Shown: positions 10,029 to 21,261 of the stretch, piece after piece
Numbering within the stretch: the stretch's first letter is position 1
Layout: each line of letters begins with the position of its first letter
Position numbers and translations under genes: made by a program
Notes under the pieces: model-generated
Databases searched by the model: none
Seen by the model: the letters and a program-made list of their open reading frames with translations, nothing else
What the model was told of the DNA's origin: nothing
Assembly: GCA_020184695.1 (NCBI GenBank)
Contig: JAANOX010000241.1
Coordinates: 248,001 to 312,000 of the forward strand
DNA: 64,000 nt
Source: Histomonas meleagridis 2922-C6/04-290x
Taxonomy: Eukaryota; Protista; Parabasalia
Direction: 5' to 3'

Positions 10029-11663
10029 TTAAAATTTTCCACCTACAGATGTTAACGCAGCTTCTTCTATTGTGGTTTTAATATCTTCTTGGGATCCTTG
10101 ATTCGATCCTGTTATTCCATAAAAAAGTTTCCTCGCCCAATTTTCCCAGTTTTGGAGTGATATCAACGCCTTTTGATCAAATTTCTTTTTGACATATTCA
10201 AATTCTTCTGAAAGCTTTTCGTTTTGCTTTTTCAGTTTGTGGTTTTCTTTTATTAGTTTCTCTCTTTCTTTATTTAATTTTTCTTTTCCTTCATTCATCT
10301 GTTCTTTTTCTTCATTTAATTTTTCCTTCTGTTTGAAGAATTGAGTTATTTCTCTTTTTAATTGCTTTTGCATTTTAAACAGTTCTTCTTTTTCTTCATT
10401 TAATTTATCTTTCTCTTTGGCTATTTGTTTTTTCTCTTCATTTAAATTTTCTTTTTCTTCAAGTAATTTGTTTTGCTCCTCACTTATTTGGCCTTTTTCT
10501 TCGTTAAACTGATTTTTTTCTTCATTTAATTTGATTTTCTCTTCATTTAATTTTTCTCTTTCTTCATTCAAATTTTCTTTATGTTTATTTAGCTTACTGA
10601 TTTCTTTGTTTAGTTGCTTTTTTTCTTTAATTAATTTGTTTTGTTCTTCACCAAAATGATCTTTTTCCTCATTAAATTTATCTTTTTCTTCATTAAACTG
10701 ATTTCTTTCTTCATTTAATTTTTCTTTTTCCTCATTAAATCTTTCTTTATTATTATTTAGCTTACTGATTTCTATGTTTAGTTGCTTTTTTTCTTCACTC
10801 ATTTGTTCTTTTTCCTCATTAAACTTATCTTTTTCTTTGTTTAATTTAGTTATTTCAATACTTAATTTCTTTTGTTCTTTAAGTATTTTTTCTTTATCTT
10901 CATTTTTGTTTTTTGATATTTCGTTTATGTAATTCTTGAGTATTGTAGTTATTGCAACTTCTTGAATGAAAAGATCTTTGACTTCTCTATTCGATATTTC
11001 TTCATTTGAAAAAATTTTCTTTGCTTGATTGATTCTATTTTGAAAATTGCTTTTAAGATTTAGAGCCTCTGTAATGTTGTAAAGTGGGTCTTCAGGATCA
11101 CTTTGAATATTTTGAATAAGGTCAGATGTTTCTTTTGCTTTATCAAGAAGTATTTGGATTGTGGATTGTGAAAATGTTGATTCAGCAAAATTTGGCGTTT
11201 TAAGAAACAAAGAGCGTATATCAGATGATGTTGCAAGGTTCGTTAAGAAGATTATGTAGCCTTCCAATGATGAAGCTAATTTGTGTGATTGTTTATTATA
11301 ATGTGCTTTGGAGTAAAGAAGAGTAAAATCAACAATAGAACATATTTTGGTTGAGAGAGTTTCCGTAGCCTCGATTTTCTCTAAAAATTCGGAAAATTCT
11401 ATTTCATTAGGATCCAATTTCTCCTTAAACTCATTTATTATTGAATTCACTTTATCACTTGCTAAATTCATTTGGTTTCGAAGGAAATCAATGTATTCCT
11501 TCTGTTCTTGGTTTTGTTTTTGAAGAGATTCTATTTCAATCTTAAGTGCATTGATTTGTTCATTTTGATAATTATCAACTAAAGAACTACTTTCAGAATA
11601 AGCTACATCAGAATTACCTATTTCTTGTAAAACATTATTGATTGGTTCTTTTTCTTCACCCAT
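10029..11663 (-). CDS. Coiled-coil protein with heptad KLNEEKE repeats
   Basis: First ATG at 11663 (MGEEKEP); many KLNEEKE/QFNEEK 7-aa units in the C-terminal half. Confidence 0.8.
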   Translation of the reverse strand: MGEEKEPINNVLQEIGNSDVAYSESSSLVDNYQNEQINALKIEIESLQKQNQEQKEYIDFLRNQMNLASDKVNSIINEFKEKLDPNEIEFSEFLEKIEATETLSTKICSIVDFTLLYSKAHYNKQSHKLASSLEGYIIFLTNLATSSDIRSLFLKTPNFAESTFSQSTIQILLDKAKETSDLIQNIQSDPEDPLYNITEALNLKSNFQNRINQAKKIFSNEEISNREVKDLFIQEVAITTILKNYINEISKNKNEDKEKILKEQKKLSIEITKLNKEKDKFNEEKEQMSEEKKQLNIEISKLNNNKERFNEEKEKLNEERNQFNEEKDKFNEEKDHFGEEQNKLIKEKKQLNKEISKLNKHKENLNEEREKLNEEKIKLNEEKNQFNEEKGQISEEQNKLLEEKENLNEEKKQIAKEKDKLNEEKEELFKMQKQLKREITQFFKQKEKLNEEKEQMNEGKEKLNKEREKLIKENHKLKKQNEKLSEEFEYVKKKFDQKALISLQNWENWARKLFYGITGSNQGSQEDIKTTIEEAALTSVGGKF

Positions 11664-11806
11664 ATTTTCATACGTTAAGCTTAACGTGTGCAATTTTGTG
11701 TTACCCTTCGAAAATTTTCACATTTTACATAAATTTAGTGATGAGTGTGCGTCACACTTAGTTGATAGGTACAAAATGAAAATATTTTTTTATAAATCAA
11801 ATAAAT

Positions 11807-12448
11807 TTATTCTTTACTCTTTTTGCCACTCTTTACAGAAATAATGATGATTATGATCAAAATCACAACACCAATTATTATACCGAGAATTATATATTTA
11901 TATTTTTCGAAGCAAAGCCTTCGCTTTAGTTGCGTTGATTGCCTATCAAATTCTCTGGAAGATTCGGCAATTGATTGAGCAGAAGCATCTAAAGAGTCTA
12001 TCTGATTTGAACGTAGAATTGCCTTCTGTAAGTTATCACTCATGGTTTCGGTTGCTTGAGTAAGATTATCTTTTATTTGAGAAAGTTTATCATTTTTATC
12101 ACACATTATAGACTGAAGTTTTGGGCCAAATTCGCTTTGCATTCCGTATGATGGAGCACTTTCCCATGTTCTTCCATATTTCATAATAAAATTTCTCTGA
12201 ACTTGGTCTAAAAAATTATAAGCTGCTTGAGATTGAAGAGTCAACGGACCAGCAACGATGAAATTTAAGCCAGAACTTTCATGGCTTATGAAGTATCGAT
12301 GGTTCATTTTTTCGCATGTAAAACGTGAATCATTTGGATTAATTCTATTAATTATATCGCTCAGATAAACATCAAAGTTACCTGCAGTATTAGCATGTTG
12401 CGCTAATATTTGAGAGTTTCTAGTGACTGCCGCATATTCGAACTGCAT
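11807..12448 (-). CDS. VAMP7: VAMP7-like longin R-SNARE
   Basis: Longin domain (AYNFLDQVQRNF...YGMQSEFGPKL), R-SNARE coil (MSDNLQKAILRSNQIDSL...SREF) and C-terminal TM helix. ATG at 12448. Confidence 0.85.
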   Translation of the reverse strand: MQFEYAAVTRNSQILAQHANTAGNFDVYLSDIINRINPNDSRFTCEKMNHRYFISHESSGLNFIVAGPLTLQSQAAYNFLDQVQRNFIMKYGRTWESAPSYGMQSEFGPKLQSIMCDKNDKLSQIKDNLTQATETMSDNLQKAILRSNQIDSLDASAQSIAESSREFDRQSTQLKRRLCFEKYKYIILGIIIGVVILIIIIIISVKSGKKSKE

Positions 12449-12469
12449 TTTGGCCACTTTTGGAAAAAC

Positions 12470-12477
12470 GTCACTTT
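12470..12477 (-). promoter_or_regulatory. AAAGTGAC (M2-like) trichomonad upstream element
   Basis: AAAGTGAC on the minus strand ~22 nt upstream of the VAMP7 ATG; the same octamer lies upstream of the Rab gene. Matching it to the T. vaginalis M2 motif is from recollection. Confidence 0.45.
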
Positions 12478-12669
12478 AAACCGCAATTTCCATTCAAAGC
12501 CATGTAAAAACAAAAAGAATCGATTTCTTTGTTTATCTTGGCAACCAAATGAAAGCAATATTGTTTTTAAAAAACTTGTTCAATTGCTTTAATTTTTGCT
12601 TGGTTTTTAAAGTTTTTAATATTCATATAAGTAAATTTTTACTTATGATTCAAGACGAATTAATCATGA

Positions 12670-13119
12670 TTATGCATACCTTTCGGTCCATTGACGCGCA
12701 GTATTCTCAGCATCTGCCTTGTTTGTTTTCCAATGTTCTGCAATTTGTGTATCAAGTGGATCATCAGGATTTGGTTCACAGAGAAGCGATTGAATGGAAA
12801 GAAGAATTGTGCTAATGTTTAAAGCTGGTGTCCATCCCTTGTCAGCCTTTAATACATCCAAACAAATTCTTCCGATTTTATCAATATTTGGATGATATAT
12901 TTTAGTAAGGAATCTTGCCTTTGGTGGGTCAAGGGGATAGTTTTCAGGAAGGAAAAGCTCGAGATGGAAAAGTCCTCCTTGATATGGAGTTCCTTGTGGT
13001 CCTTCAATGATAATTTTGAAATTACGGTAGTTATCCTCGCAAGGTGACCCGGATATGCCTGGTGGTGGGTTTGTCATAAGCATTTTTGTTTCTCTTGCAA
13101 TTCGATTTTTTGCGTTCAT
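12670..13119 (-). CDS. UBC13: Ubiquitin-conjugating enzyme E2 (UBC13/UBE2N-like)
   Basis: [52 protein letters not shown] with the catalytic Cys. Confidence 0.9.
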   Translation of the reverse strand: MNAKNRIARETKMLMTNPPPGISGSPCEDNYRNFKIIIEGPQGTPYQGGLFHLELFLPENYPLDPPKARFLTKIYHPNIDKIGRICLDVLKADKGWTPALNISTILLSIQSLLCEPNPDDPLDTQIAEHWKTNKADAENTARQWTERYA

Positions 13120-13427
13120 GACAAGTTTGATCCAAACAAACTTCTGAAAATTGTTTGATCAAATTCTTTTTAAAATTTGCCAAAGAAGGATAACCAAACC
13201 GTTTGGCGGATCAATATCAACACAATCTTTTGTCTTCAAAAAGTTCTTTTGCATTGTAAAATTATACGATACGAAATTTGTGAGTGTATCGTTCAAAAAT
13301 GTAAAATCAAAATATCTTGCTTGCAATCCATTAAACCATCGCAAAGATACAAAAAAATCAACTTATTTTAAATGGGAAGGTAATTTATCAAAAAATAACA
13401 TTTCCATTATCACTATATTTTATTAAA

Positions 13428-13626
13428 TTTATCTTTACATGAAACTTTTAAACATTTATCTCATTGTGAAACTTTAAACATTTACTCATTGTGAAACCTC
13501 TAAACATTTATCTTTACATGACTTTCATACATTTATCTCATTGTGAAACCTCTAAACATATATCTCATTGTGAAACTTTTAAACATTTATCTTTAAAACC
13601 TTTAAACATATATCTCATGTGAAATC
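13428..13626. repeat. Minisatellite, about 8 imperfect 23-28 bp units
   Basis: Consensus TTTATCTCATTGTGAAACYTYTAAACA repeated in tandem. Confidence 0.9.
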
Positions 13627-13720
13627 ACAACATATAAAAACATTTTTGCACGTCGAACTATTAACTATTTTATTTACATCAAAATTTACTATTTTTTGTA
13701 TACCGCATAAAAAAATCCAA

Positions 13721-16700
13721 TTAAACGATGTCATCCAATGGCGTTGAGAACTCTGTAAAGTCTCCATACATGCCGTGCTTCTTTCTTCTGCGTCCCACAA
13801 TTACCAATACCGCAATCACCACAACAAATATTAATATAACTCCTAAAATTATCAAGATGACGCTCGTCTTCGACATTCCCGATTCTTGGCTTGCATCAGT
13901 CGTTTCAGCAAAAGAACTTTCTTCTGCCGAAGAATCGTCAAAAGAACTTATTCCCGATGATTCGACAGCAATAGTTGTATCATCCGTTTCGCTGTCGGAA
14001 CTTGTTTCAGTTTCAATTGTTGACCTCGTTTCAGTTTCAGTTTCGATCACTGTACTCGTTTCAGTTTCAGTTGATGAACTTATTTCAGTTTCAGTTGTTG
14101 AACTTATTTCAGTTTCAGTTTCAGTTGTTGAACTTATTTCAGTTTCAGTTGTTGAACTTATTTCAGTTTCAGTTTCAGTTGTTGAACTTATTTCAGTTTC
14201 AGTTTCAGTTGATGAACTTATTTCAGTTTCAGTTTCAGTTGTTGAACTTATTTCAGTTTCAGTTTCAGTTGATGAACTTATTTCAGTTTCAGTTGTTGAA
14301 CTTATTTCAGTTTCAGTTTCAGTTGTTGAACTTATTTCAGTTTCAGTTTCAGTTGATGAACTTATTTCAGTTTCAGTTTCAGTTGATGAACTTATTTCAG
14401 TTTCAGTTGTTGAACTTATTTCAGTTTCAGTTTCGTTCACTGTACTTGTTTCGGATTCTGTCGGCTCAGCTGCTGGACATTCTTCGAAGCCGACTTTCAG
14501 CTGCAAGTCGCCGAATGTTGCATTATTGTAATGACTTTGCACCATTATTACGTTTGTGCCTATATTATCGAATGCGTTTCTACCGATATTTGGTTCATTC
14601 GTTCCATTGAAGTAAATGCACTGAAGTTTATTATCATTGTAAAATGCATAATCGCCAATATGACAAACATTTGAACCAATATAAACAGTAATTAAATTCG
14701 AGCAATATGCGAATGTCTGCAATTTAACAGATGTAACTTTATTAGGAATTATTATATTATTTAAATTTCCGCAAAGTTTAAATGCAGAATTACCGATAGA
14801 CAATAAATTGTTATTAAGTTGGATATTTCTTAAGTTATTACATAATTCAAATGCATTATCATCAATTACATTAACATTATCACCGATTTTAACATATAAT
14901 AAATTATTACATTTATAAAATGCCGAATCACTAATCAATTTAACATAATTAGAAATTGTCACATTACTTAATTTAGATAAACTAAATGAATAATTACTTA
15001 CTTCAATGATATTATTCATAAATTCAAATTCTTCATTAGTTTTACCAGATGGATAACAAATAACTTTAGTATAATTAATATCATAAAGTACTCCATCGTT
15101 ATTATAATTCGCAAAATATTTATTTGCGATAGAAACATTAATAAATTTCATGTTTTCACATAACGAAAAACTACATAACCCAATTGAAACAACATTTCCC
15201 GGTATATTAATATTTTCCAAATTCGAACAACTATAAAATGCATAACTTCCAATTGTATTAATATTTTCAGGCAGAATAATATTTTCTAATTTATAACAAC
15301 AATAAAATGAATAATCATTAATTGATGTAATTGAATTAGGTATATTAACATTATTAAGTTCTACACACATATAAAATTGATATTCCGATATTTTCGAGAT
15401 ATTATTACCAATTATTACGTTTCGAAGAGATGTACAATATTGGAATACATTAGTACCAATGTTTTGTACTGAGTTTGGAATTATTATATTACTTAAATTC
15501 GAACAACCATAAAATACATAATTACCTAATGTAGTTACATTATTACCGATAATTACTTCATTTAATGCTGTACATGATTGAAATGCTCTTGTATCAATTG
15601 TATTTGTAGTATTTGGTATTGTGAAGTTTTTAAGTTTTATACATTCTCTAAATGCATAAGTAGAAATAGTAATAATTCCATTATTTATAATAATGTTTTC
15701 TAAGTTATAACAATATTCAAATGCATATTCGCCAATAGTTTGAAGTGAATTTGGAAATATAATTAATGGTAACTTAATACATTCCGAAAATGCACATTCC
15801 GAAATTGTAATTACCGAATTACCGAGTGAAACTGATTGTAAATTAATACATTTAAAGAATGTATTTCTTTGGATATTTTCGATTTTATTACCAATATTAA
15901 CAGAAGTCAAATTAATACAATCTTCAAATACATTATAACCAATAGTTTTCAATGAGTTAGGTAATGTAATATTTAATAAATTTATACATTCATTAAACAC
16001 ATGACCACCCAAAGTTATTAAATTATCATTAAATATTACATTTTCTAATGAATAACAATCAGAAAACACATAACTTCCAATTGTTTCAAGTAAATTCGGT
16101 AAAACAATTGAAGTTAATGATGTACATGTATAGAATGCATAACTATAAATTGTTTTGATATTATTCGAAAGATTTATAGTTTCTAATGATAAACATTCAG
16201 CAAATGTATATTGATTAATATCAGTAACACCATCACTGACAACAACATTTTCTAATGAAAAACATTGTTGAAATGCATATTCTCCAATGTATTTAACTGA
16301 ATTCGGTATTATAATCTCAATAATATTCTTACAATAAGAGAATGAATGATCGCCAATTGTTTCCACGTTATTTGGTATTATTATATTATTAATTTCATCA
16401 CATTCAGCAAATGAATAACTATTAATCTTTTCTAAGTTATCATTTAGAATTATTTGCTTTAAGTTTTTACATTTATAAAATGTATAATTATCAATTTCAA
16501 TAATACTATTCGGTAATTGATATATACTTTTGTTATTAGATATAGGATAACATATAATTGTCGTCAAATTAATATCATAAAGAATTCCATCGTCTTCATA
16601 ATTAACATATGAAGGATTATCCTTTTCGACTTTAATCGATTGTAATTTATCACATTTACTAAATGATTGAACACCAATTAATTGTACTGATTTCGGTATA

Positions 16701-17989
16701 AATATTTCGATTAATGATATACAATTAATAAATGATTGCTCCCCAATTATAGTTAACTTATCATTAAATGAAATTTCATTCATTGATGTACATGACTCAA
16801 ATGCATGTGAACCAATTAAAGTGGTAAAATTAGGTAACAAAAGTTTGGTGAAGTTACTGCAATATGAAAATGAATAATCACTAATAACTATAAGTGATTT
16901 CGGTAACTTAATGTCATTTAATGAGAAGCATTGATAAAACGAATAATTACCAATTGATGTTACATTATCACCAAAAATTAAGTTTCGTATTGTTTGACAT
17001 GACGCAAATGAATAATCGCCAATGATTACTACTGAATTAGGAATAGTAAATGAAGTAATTCCAATTCCTAATGGAAAATCTAAAATCGTAGTAATGTTTT
17101 TATCATAAAGTATTCCAATGTCATTATAATTCGAATATTGCGTATTACCTTCAGAAACATTAATGCTCGCCAAATTAGTACATGATGAAAAGCACCCGAT
17201 ACCAATGAATTCAACTGAAGCAGGAATAAAAATAGACATCAAATTCGTGCATGAGTTAAACGCAAAATTACCAATAGATTTGACACTTTCGCCAATGGAA
17301 ACCGTTTTCAGATTGGTGCACCCCAAAAATGCATTGTTACCAATCGTTTTAACTGAATTTGCAATGTTTATCGATTGAACTTGGACATTGTTTTCAAATG
17401 CTGAATCTTCAATAATTGTTACGTTCCCACCAATGTTTGCTGAAATTGGACCTTCAGAGAAATCGGTGATTAATTGAGTGATTGATATTGCTGCAGTATT
17501 AATTGTTAAATTCTTAACGCCAATGCAATATTCAAATGCTAGATTACCAATTGATTGAATTGTCTCGCTAAGATATAAAGTTTCAATGCTTATACAATAA
17601 TCAAATGCATATTCACCAATTGTTTTAAGACTTTGGCCCGAAACAAAAGAAGTAAGCAATGTGCACATGTAGAATGAATAAGGTCCAATAGTTTGTAAAT
17701 TATCTGCATTTTCAAAATTAACGGTTGTTAATGCGGTACATATTCGAAATGCTCTTTCTCCAATTTCAGTAATACCTTTACCAAGAGTTACTTCAACAAG
17801 TGCTGTCCATCCATTAAAAGCTTGATATCCAATAAAATTTACATCATCAGAAATACGTATATATTTTGTTGTAGACCTAAATTCTGAATAACTACTCTCG
17901 AGGACTTCTGAAATACCTTCGACAATAAGTGTATCGGATGTTTCACTTATTCCTTTATAAGAAAGAATCACAAGGAGAAAAAGCATCAT
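13721..17989 (-). CDS. BspA-like (LRR_5/TpLRR) type I surface protein
   Basis: Signal peptide MMLFLLVILS from ATG 17989; dozens of xIGxxAFxxCxxLxxIxIPxSV repeats; Thr/Glu/Ser-rich stalk; TM helix; short tail GRRRKKHGMYGDF. Confidence 0.95.
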   Translation of the reverse strand: MMLFLLVILSYKGISETSDTLIVEGISEVLESSYSEFRSTTKYIRISDDVNFIGYQAFNGWTALVEVTLGKGITEIGERAFRICTALTTVNFENADNLQTIGPYSFYMCTLLTSFVSGQSLKTIGEYAFDYCISIETLYLSETIQSIGNLAFEYCIGVKNLTINTAAISITQLITDFSEGPISANIGGNVTIIEDSAFENNVQVQSINIANSVKTIGNNAFLGCTNLKTVSIGESVKSIGNFAFNSCTNLMSIFIPASVEFIGIGCFSSCTNLASINVSEGNTQYSNYNDIGILYDKNITTILDFPLGIGITSFTIPNSVVIIGDYSFASCQTIRNLIFGDNVTSIGNYSFYQCFSLNDIKLPKSLIVISDYSFSYCSNFTKLLLPNFTTLIGSHAFESCTSMNEISFNDKLTIIGEQSFINCISLIEIFIPKSVQLIGVQSFSKCDKLQSIKVEKDNPSYVNYEDDGILYDINLTTIICYPISNNKSIYQLPNSIIEIDNYTFYKCKNLKQIILNDNLEKINSYSFAECDEINNIIIPNNVETIGDHSFSYCKNIIEIIIPNSVKYIGEYAFQQCFSLENVVVSDGVTDINQYTFAECLSLETINLSNNIKTIYSYAFYTCTSLTSIVLPNLLETIGSYVFSDCYSLENVIFNDNLITLGGHVFNECINLLNITLPNSLKTIGYNVFEDCINLTSVNIGNKIENIQRNTFFKCINLQSVSLGNSVITISECAFSECIKLPLIIFPNSLQTIGEYAFEYCYNLENIIINNGIITISTYAFRECIKLKNFTIPNTTNTIDTRAFQSCTALNEVIIGNNVTTLGNYVFYGCSNLSNIIIPNSVQNIGTNVFQYCTSLRNVIIGNNISKISEYQFYMCVELNNVNIPNSITSINDYSFYCCYKLENIILPENINTIGSYAFYSCSNLENINIPGNVVSIGLCSFSLCENMKFINVSIANKYFANYNNDGVLYDINYTKVICYPSGKTNEEFEFMNNIIEVSNYSFSLSKLSNVTISNYVKLISDSAFYKCNNLLYVKIGDNVNVIDDNAFELCNNLRNIQLNNNLLSIGNSAFKLCGNLNNIIIPNKVTSVKLQTFAYCSNLITVYIGSNVCHIGDYAFYNDNKLQCIYFNGTNEPNIGRNAFDNIGTNVIMVQSHYNNATFGDLQLKVGFEECPAAEPTESETSTVNETETEISSTTETEISSSTETETEISSSTETETEISSTTETETEISSTTETEISSSTETETEISSTTETETEISSSTETETEISSTTETETEISSTTETEISSTTETETEISSTTETEISSSTETETSTVIETETETRSTIETETSSDSETDDTTIAVESSGISSFDDSSAEESSFAETTDASQESGMSKTSVILIILGVILIFVVVIAVLVIVGRRRKKHGMYGDFTEFSTPLDDIV
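14000..14440 (-). repeat. Intragenic TETEISS(S/T) tandem repeat (BspA stalk)
   Basis: Near-identical 21-27 bp units encoding TETE(TE)ISS(S)T. Confidence 0.95.
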
Positions 17990-18126
17990 TGAAAAAATGT
18001 TTTGACAGACGATACACATTGAAATTTTCAATATGTTGTTTCTGTTTCCACTTTTTCCGATGATTTTGAATGTGCTGTTCGTATCGTTCATTCGAGCGAT
18101 GATTGATGTTATATGAAAAAAGTTTT

Positions 18127-19092
18127 TTACTCATAGAATTCTTCATTATCCGGAAGCTCACTTTGTATAATCGCTTTTTGCTCATCAGTTAATGACTTTG
18201 GAAATTCAATTGAAAATGTGATCACTAAATCTCCTCGATGAGAATTATCAAGGAAATATGGAAGGCCTAACTCATGTATTCTCCTTTGTTCGCCATGTTG
18301 AATTCCTCCTTTGAGATCAATTTGTACTTTTTCGCCATCGAAATTTTCGATCTCGATCTCTGCACCACGAATTGCATCTGAGAGACTTACATTGATATCT
18401 GTATAAACATCAACGCCATCGCGTTTGAACTTTGGATCAGGAGCTGTGTAAACAGTGAATATTACATCGCATGCGCCACGTGCACTTGCTGTATCACCTA
18501 AGTCCTTAACAATGATCCTATGGAACTCTGGAGCACCCGGTGGTATTTGGATTTTATGGCGAACAATTTGTTCTGTTAATGGATCTTTTCGGCAACTGAC
18601 ACAATTCTTCCCTCCTTGAGGACAAACGCAATCTCTCGTTCGAACTACAGATAGTGTTCGCTCTGCGCCAGTTAGAAAGTCAATGAGATTGAACTGAACC
18701 GGATAAATAATCATTCCGCCAAAATTGTTCATGTCAGGTGGAAGGTTTCCGAAGACTTTCTTAAGAGCCTCAAGGGCAACATCGCTTTGATACCCAAGAA
18801 CTTGGAATTTTGTGGCATTTAAGATGTTGTTTTCGAACATATCATATAATGCTTTAGAGTCGGGATTGCCAAGGACATCAAAAGCAAACTCTGTTAATTT
18901 GTAGCTATCAAGAGCTTTCTTTGTGGGGTTTTGATTCTTTCGTTTTTGTGAAAGGTATCGTTTGAACGAACGAGCAATGTCACGCTCTTGTGCTCCTTTG
19001 TTCAGACCAATAATTTGATAGAGATTCGTCCCGAGTAAATGAGATGTGTCAAGATGCTTGACGAATGCAAGAAATGCAAACAAAAGAAGCAT
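18127..19092 (-). CDS. ER-type DnaJ-like protein (ERdj3-like architecture, HPD motif absent)
   Basis: Signal peptide; J-like domain NLYQIIGL...AFDVLGNPDSKALYD; partial Cys cluster; DnaJ C-terminal domain (GDTASARGACDVIF, FKRDGVDVY, GLPY...RGDLVITFSIEFPKSL). Confidence 0.85.
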   Translation of the reverse strand: MLLLFAFLAFVKHLDTSHLLGTNLYQIIGLNKGAQERDIARSFKRYLSQKRKNQNPTKKALDSYKLTEFAFDVLGNPDSKALYDMFENNILNATKFQVLGYQSDVALEALKKVFGNLPPDMNNFGGMIIYPVQFNLIDFLTGAERTLSVVRTRDCVCPQGGKNCVSCRKDPLTEQIVRHKIQIPPGAPEFHRIIVKDLGDTASARGACDVIFTVYTAPDPKFKRDGVDVYTDINVSLSDAIRGAEIEIENFDGEKVQIDLKGGIQHGEQRRIHELGLPYFLDNSHRGDLVITFSIEFPKSLTDEQKAIIQSELPDNEEFYE

Positions 19093-19329
19093 TTTGATTT
19101 GAAATGTTTACTTGGTCAGGAGAATATGCACTTTTTGTAAATAAAAATTAACGGCAGACGCGAACGTTTATTTATGGTGTCAATCTCCAACAATTTTATT
19201 GATTTCATCTGTTTACATACATATTATCATCTTTTATGAAAACAAAAACTTCCTCTGCCTTATTGTCATCCTCATTTAGCTTGTTATGAAATAGTTTCAT
19301 AACATTATCTTTTTGCATTCTATTCATAT

Positions 19330-19410
19330 GAATATCTACGTGAATTTTCAGTGGCTCCTTTCCTCCAAAGCAGTTCAGCTATTTCTGGGTAACCACTTGC
19401 ATTGGCTCAA
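19330..19410 (-). pseudogene. Isolated ankyrin-like fragment
   Basis: The minus strand reads ANASGYPEIAELLWRKGA between in-frame stops. Confidence 0.35.
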
Positions 19411-19503
19411 TCAATTGACCAAATTGTGGTAAAAAATTTGAACCATTTCCAAAAAATTGTACTATCAATGGAAGCCAGAAAATAAAAAAAAAATGAGTTT
19501 TAA

Positions 19504-19788
19504 TTAAAACCAAAGATTATAATCTTCTCCTCCAAAGATGTTGCTTTGTGGATTAATATATTGGGAGATCAGAAAATCATCCATCTCGACGGGAATAATA
19601 TTACTATTGTCACTGGTATTACTATTGTCATTGGTAGAACAATTGTCAATGGTCTTTCTATTTGCTTCGCTTATTCTTTCCAAGTCAGTAGGATTTTCAA
19701 AATTACTGTTACTGACTCGTATGTCTAACTCTCCAACGCCAGGAAGATTAGTACGAATCAATGTAATCCTTGGATTGCTAGATCTCAT
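19504..19788 (-). CDS. Small hypothetical protein (94 aa)
   Basis: ATG-initiated ORF with protein-like low-complexity SND segments. No domain recognised. Confidence 0.45.
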   Translation of the reverse strand: MRSSNPRITLIRTNLPGVGELDIRVSNSNFENPTDLERISEANRKTIDNCSTNDNSNTSDNSNIIPVEMDDFLISQYINPQSNIFGGEDYNLWF

Positions 19789-20568
19789 CTAAAATTATAA
19801 TGAAGTTATTTCAATTGCCTTTTCAATTCTTGAATGTCATTTTAAACGTCATCGACTGTGAATTTTGAATAAAACTGCTTAGATTCGGTTATGATTTAAA
19901 CCCCTCTCAATTATCAAACATATTTGATAATTAAATAGTTTATGTAACTTTTTGAAGGATAACCGTTGACAAAAGATGGTGATTCATCAAGCTGATTTTA
20001 AACTGAATATAATCCAAAAAGAATAATATTTTAATATGTATCATAATTTCAATAAAAAATTATCTTTGGAAAATACACAAAGTAATAATTTTATATTGTT
20101 CAATTTTATTTTGCAGAAAAGAATCACAAATTTAAATATTTAGAATAAATAACAGATGAATGAAAAGAAAGTGAATCAGGAAACACAGAAAAATCAGATC
20201 TGATGGTCCTTCGATAAAAATATTGAGGAAAAGAAAAGTAACAAAAAACATAATAATTGTTGGTATATTGATAGCTGTTCCATATGCTGTCGTTACTGGA
20301 GTCATATATTTTAAGATTTTATCGATCAAACCAGAAGTTTTTTCAGGAAAATCGATTTAATTTTAATTTCTAAAATTTGAAACTTTATAAAAATTGTATT
20401 TTATTTAAAAACAAACTTTAATATTTATTTTTTTGCAGCCAAAACTAACTGAATTTAGTTGATCAACTCACACACGATAATTCTTGGAAACAAACAACAA
20501 AAAAAAAAAAAATGATGAGAATGCAAATACAGAATAAATTTTCTTTATTGAAATATTATAAGGGCGCA

Positions 20569-21261
20569 TTATGTTGGGTACTCTTGGTTCATTTGATGGA
20601 GTCTCTTTTTGAAGAAATCGCGTAACATGTGAAGTGATCGTGGTGTTATATCTTCAACATTAATCCGTACTTCGTCTGTTTGCTTATCAAATTGTTTTTC
20701 TGATTGTAAAATCTTACATATTTGCAATAAGTCATCTTTGTTGTAAAACGCCCGACTTGCTTCGATAAAGCAATCAAGCTCGCGACTTGAAAAAGGTGCA
20801 TAATTATGGTAATCCGATGGTTTCCTGATTGGGAAAATTGTGCCTACGGATGAAGGTGGTGAGAGTAATAATCTATCAAGTTTTTCGCGTGATAAATAAA
20901 GATACTTCATCCATCCTGATATCTTTTTCATATCTAACCTTTGCTTAAGCTTTTTGAAGTGGTTAGACATATGATGAGCTATAATAGAAACATAAGAGTC
21001 TTTTCCATTGTAAAGTTCGGCATTTTGCCAAACTGTATTAATATCTTTCTCCCAAGACTTAACCTCTGCATATTCACCTCTTTCGAGTCTTTCATAAATG
21101 GTGCCTAAATCTTGGGGATTTTTAATTTTTTTATAATAATTTGTTTGATGATCAGTATTCACAGGCTCATTAAATAGATTGGCACCAGGATATTCACGGA
21201 GTTCTTGTGTAATTTCTTTGCATATTTTAAGGATATTTTCATCAATGCGAGCGTTCGACAT
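20569..21261 (-). CDS. Bromodomain protein
   Basis: LFNEPVN...YYKKIKNPQDLGTI...YAEVKSWEKDINTVWQNAELYNGKDS, including the conserved Asn. Confidence 0.92.
   Translation of the reverse strand: MSNARIDENILKICKEITQELREYPGANLFNEPVNTDHQTNYYKKIKNPQDLGTIYERLERGEYAEVKSWEKDINTVWQNAELYNGKDSYVSIIAHHMSNHFKKLKQRLDMKKISGWMKYLYLSREKLDRLLLSPPSSVGTIFPIRKPSDYHNYAPFSSRELDCFIEASRAFYNKDDLLQICKILQSEKQFDKQTDEVRINVEDITPRSLHMLRDFFKKRLHQMNQEYPT

Noticed and set aside
13428-13626. CRISPR-like appearance of the short repeats
   Set aside because: No unique spacers, eukaryotic context and no cas genes.
13728-14610. Plus-strand ORFs (VSVSV/FQFQL repeats)
   Set aside because: Antisense shadows of the BspA stalk repeat.
20132-20329. 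Small hydrophobic ORF
   Set aside because: TTG start with a stop shortly upstream and no confident family; it may be real but is unsupported.
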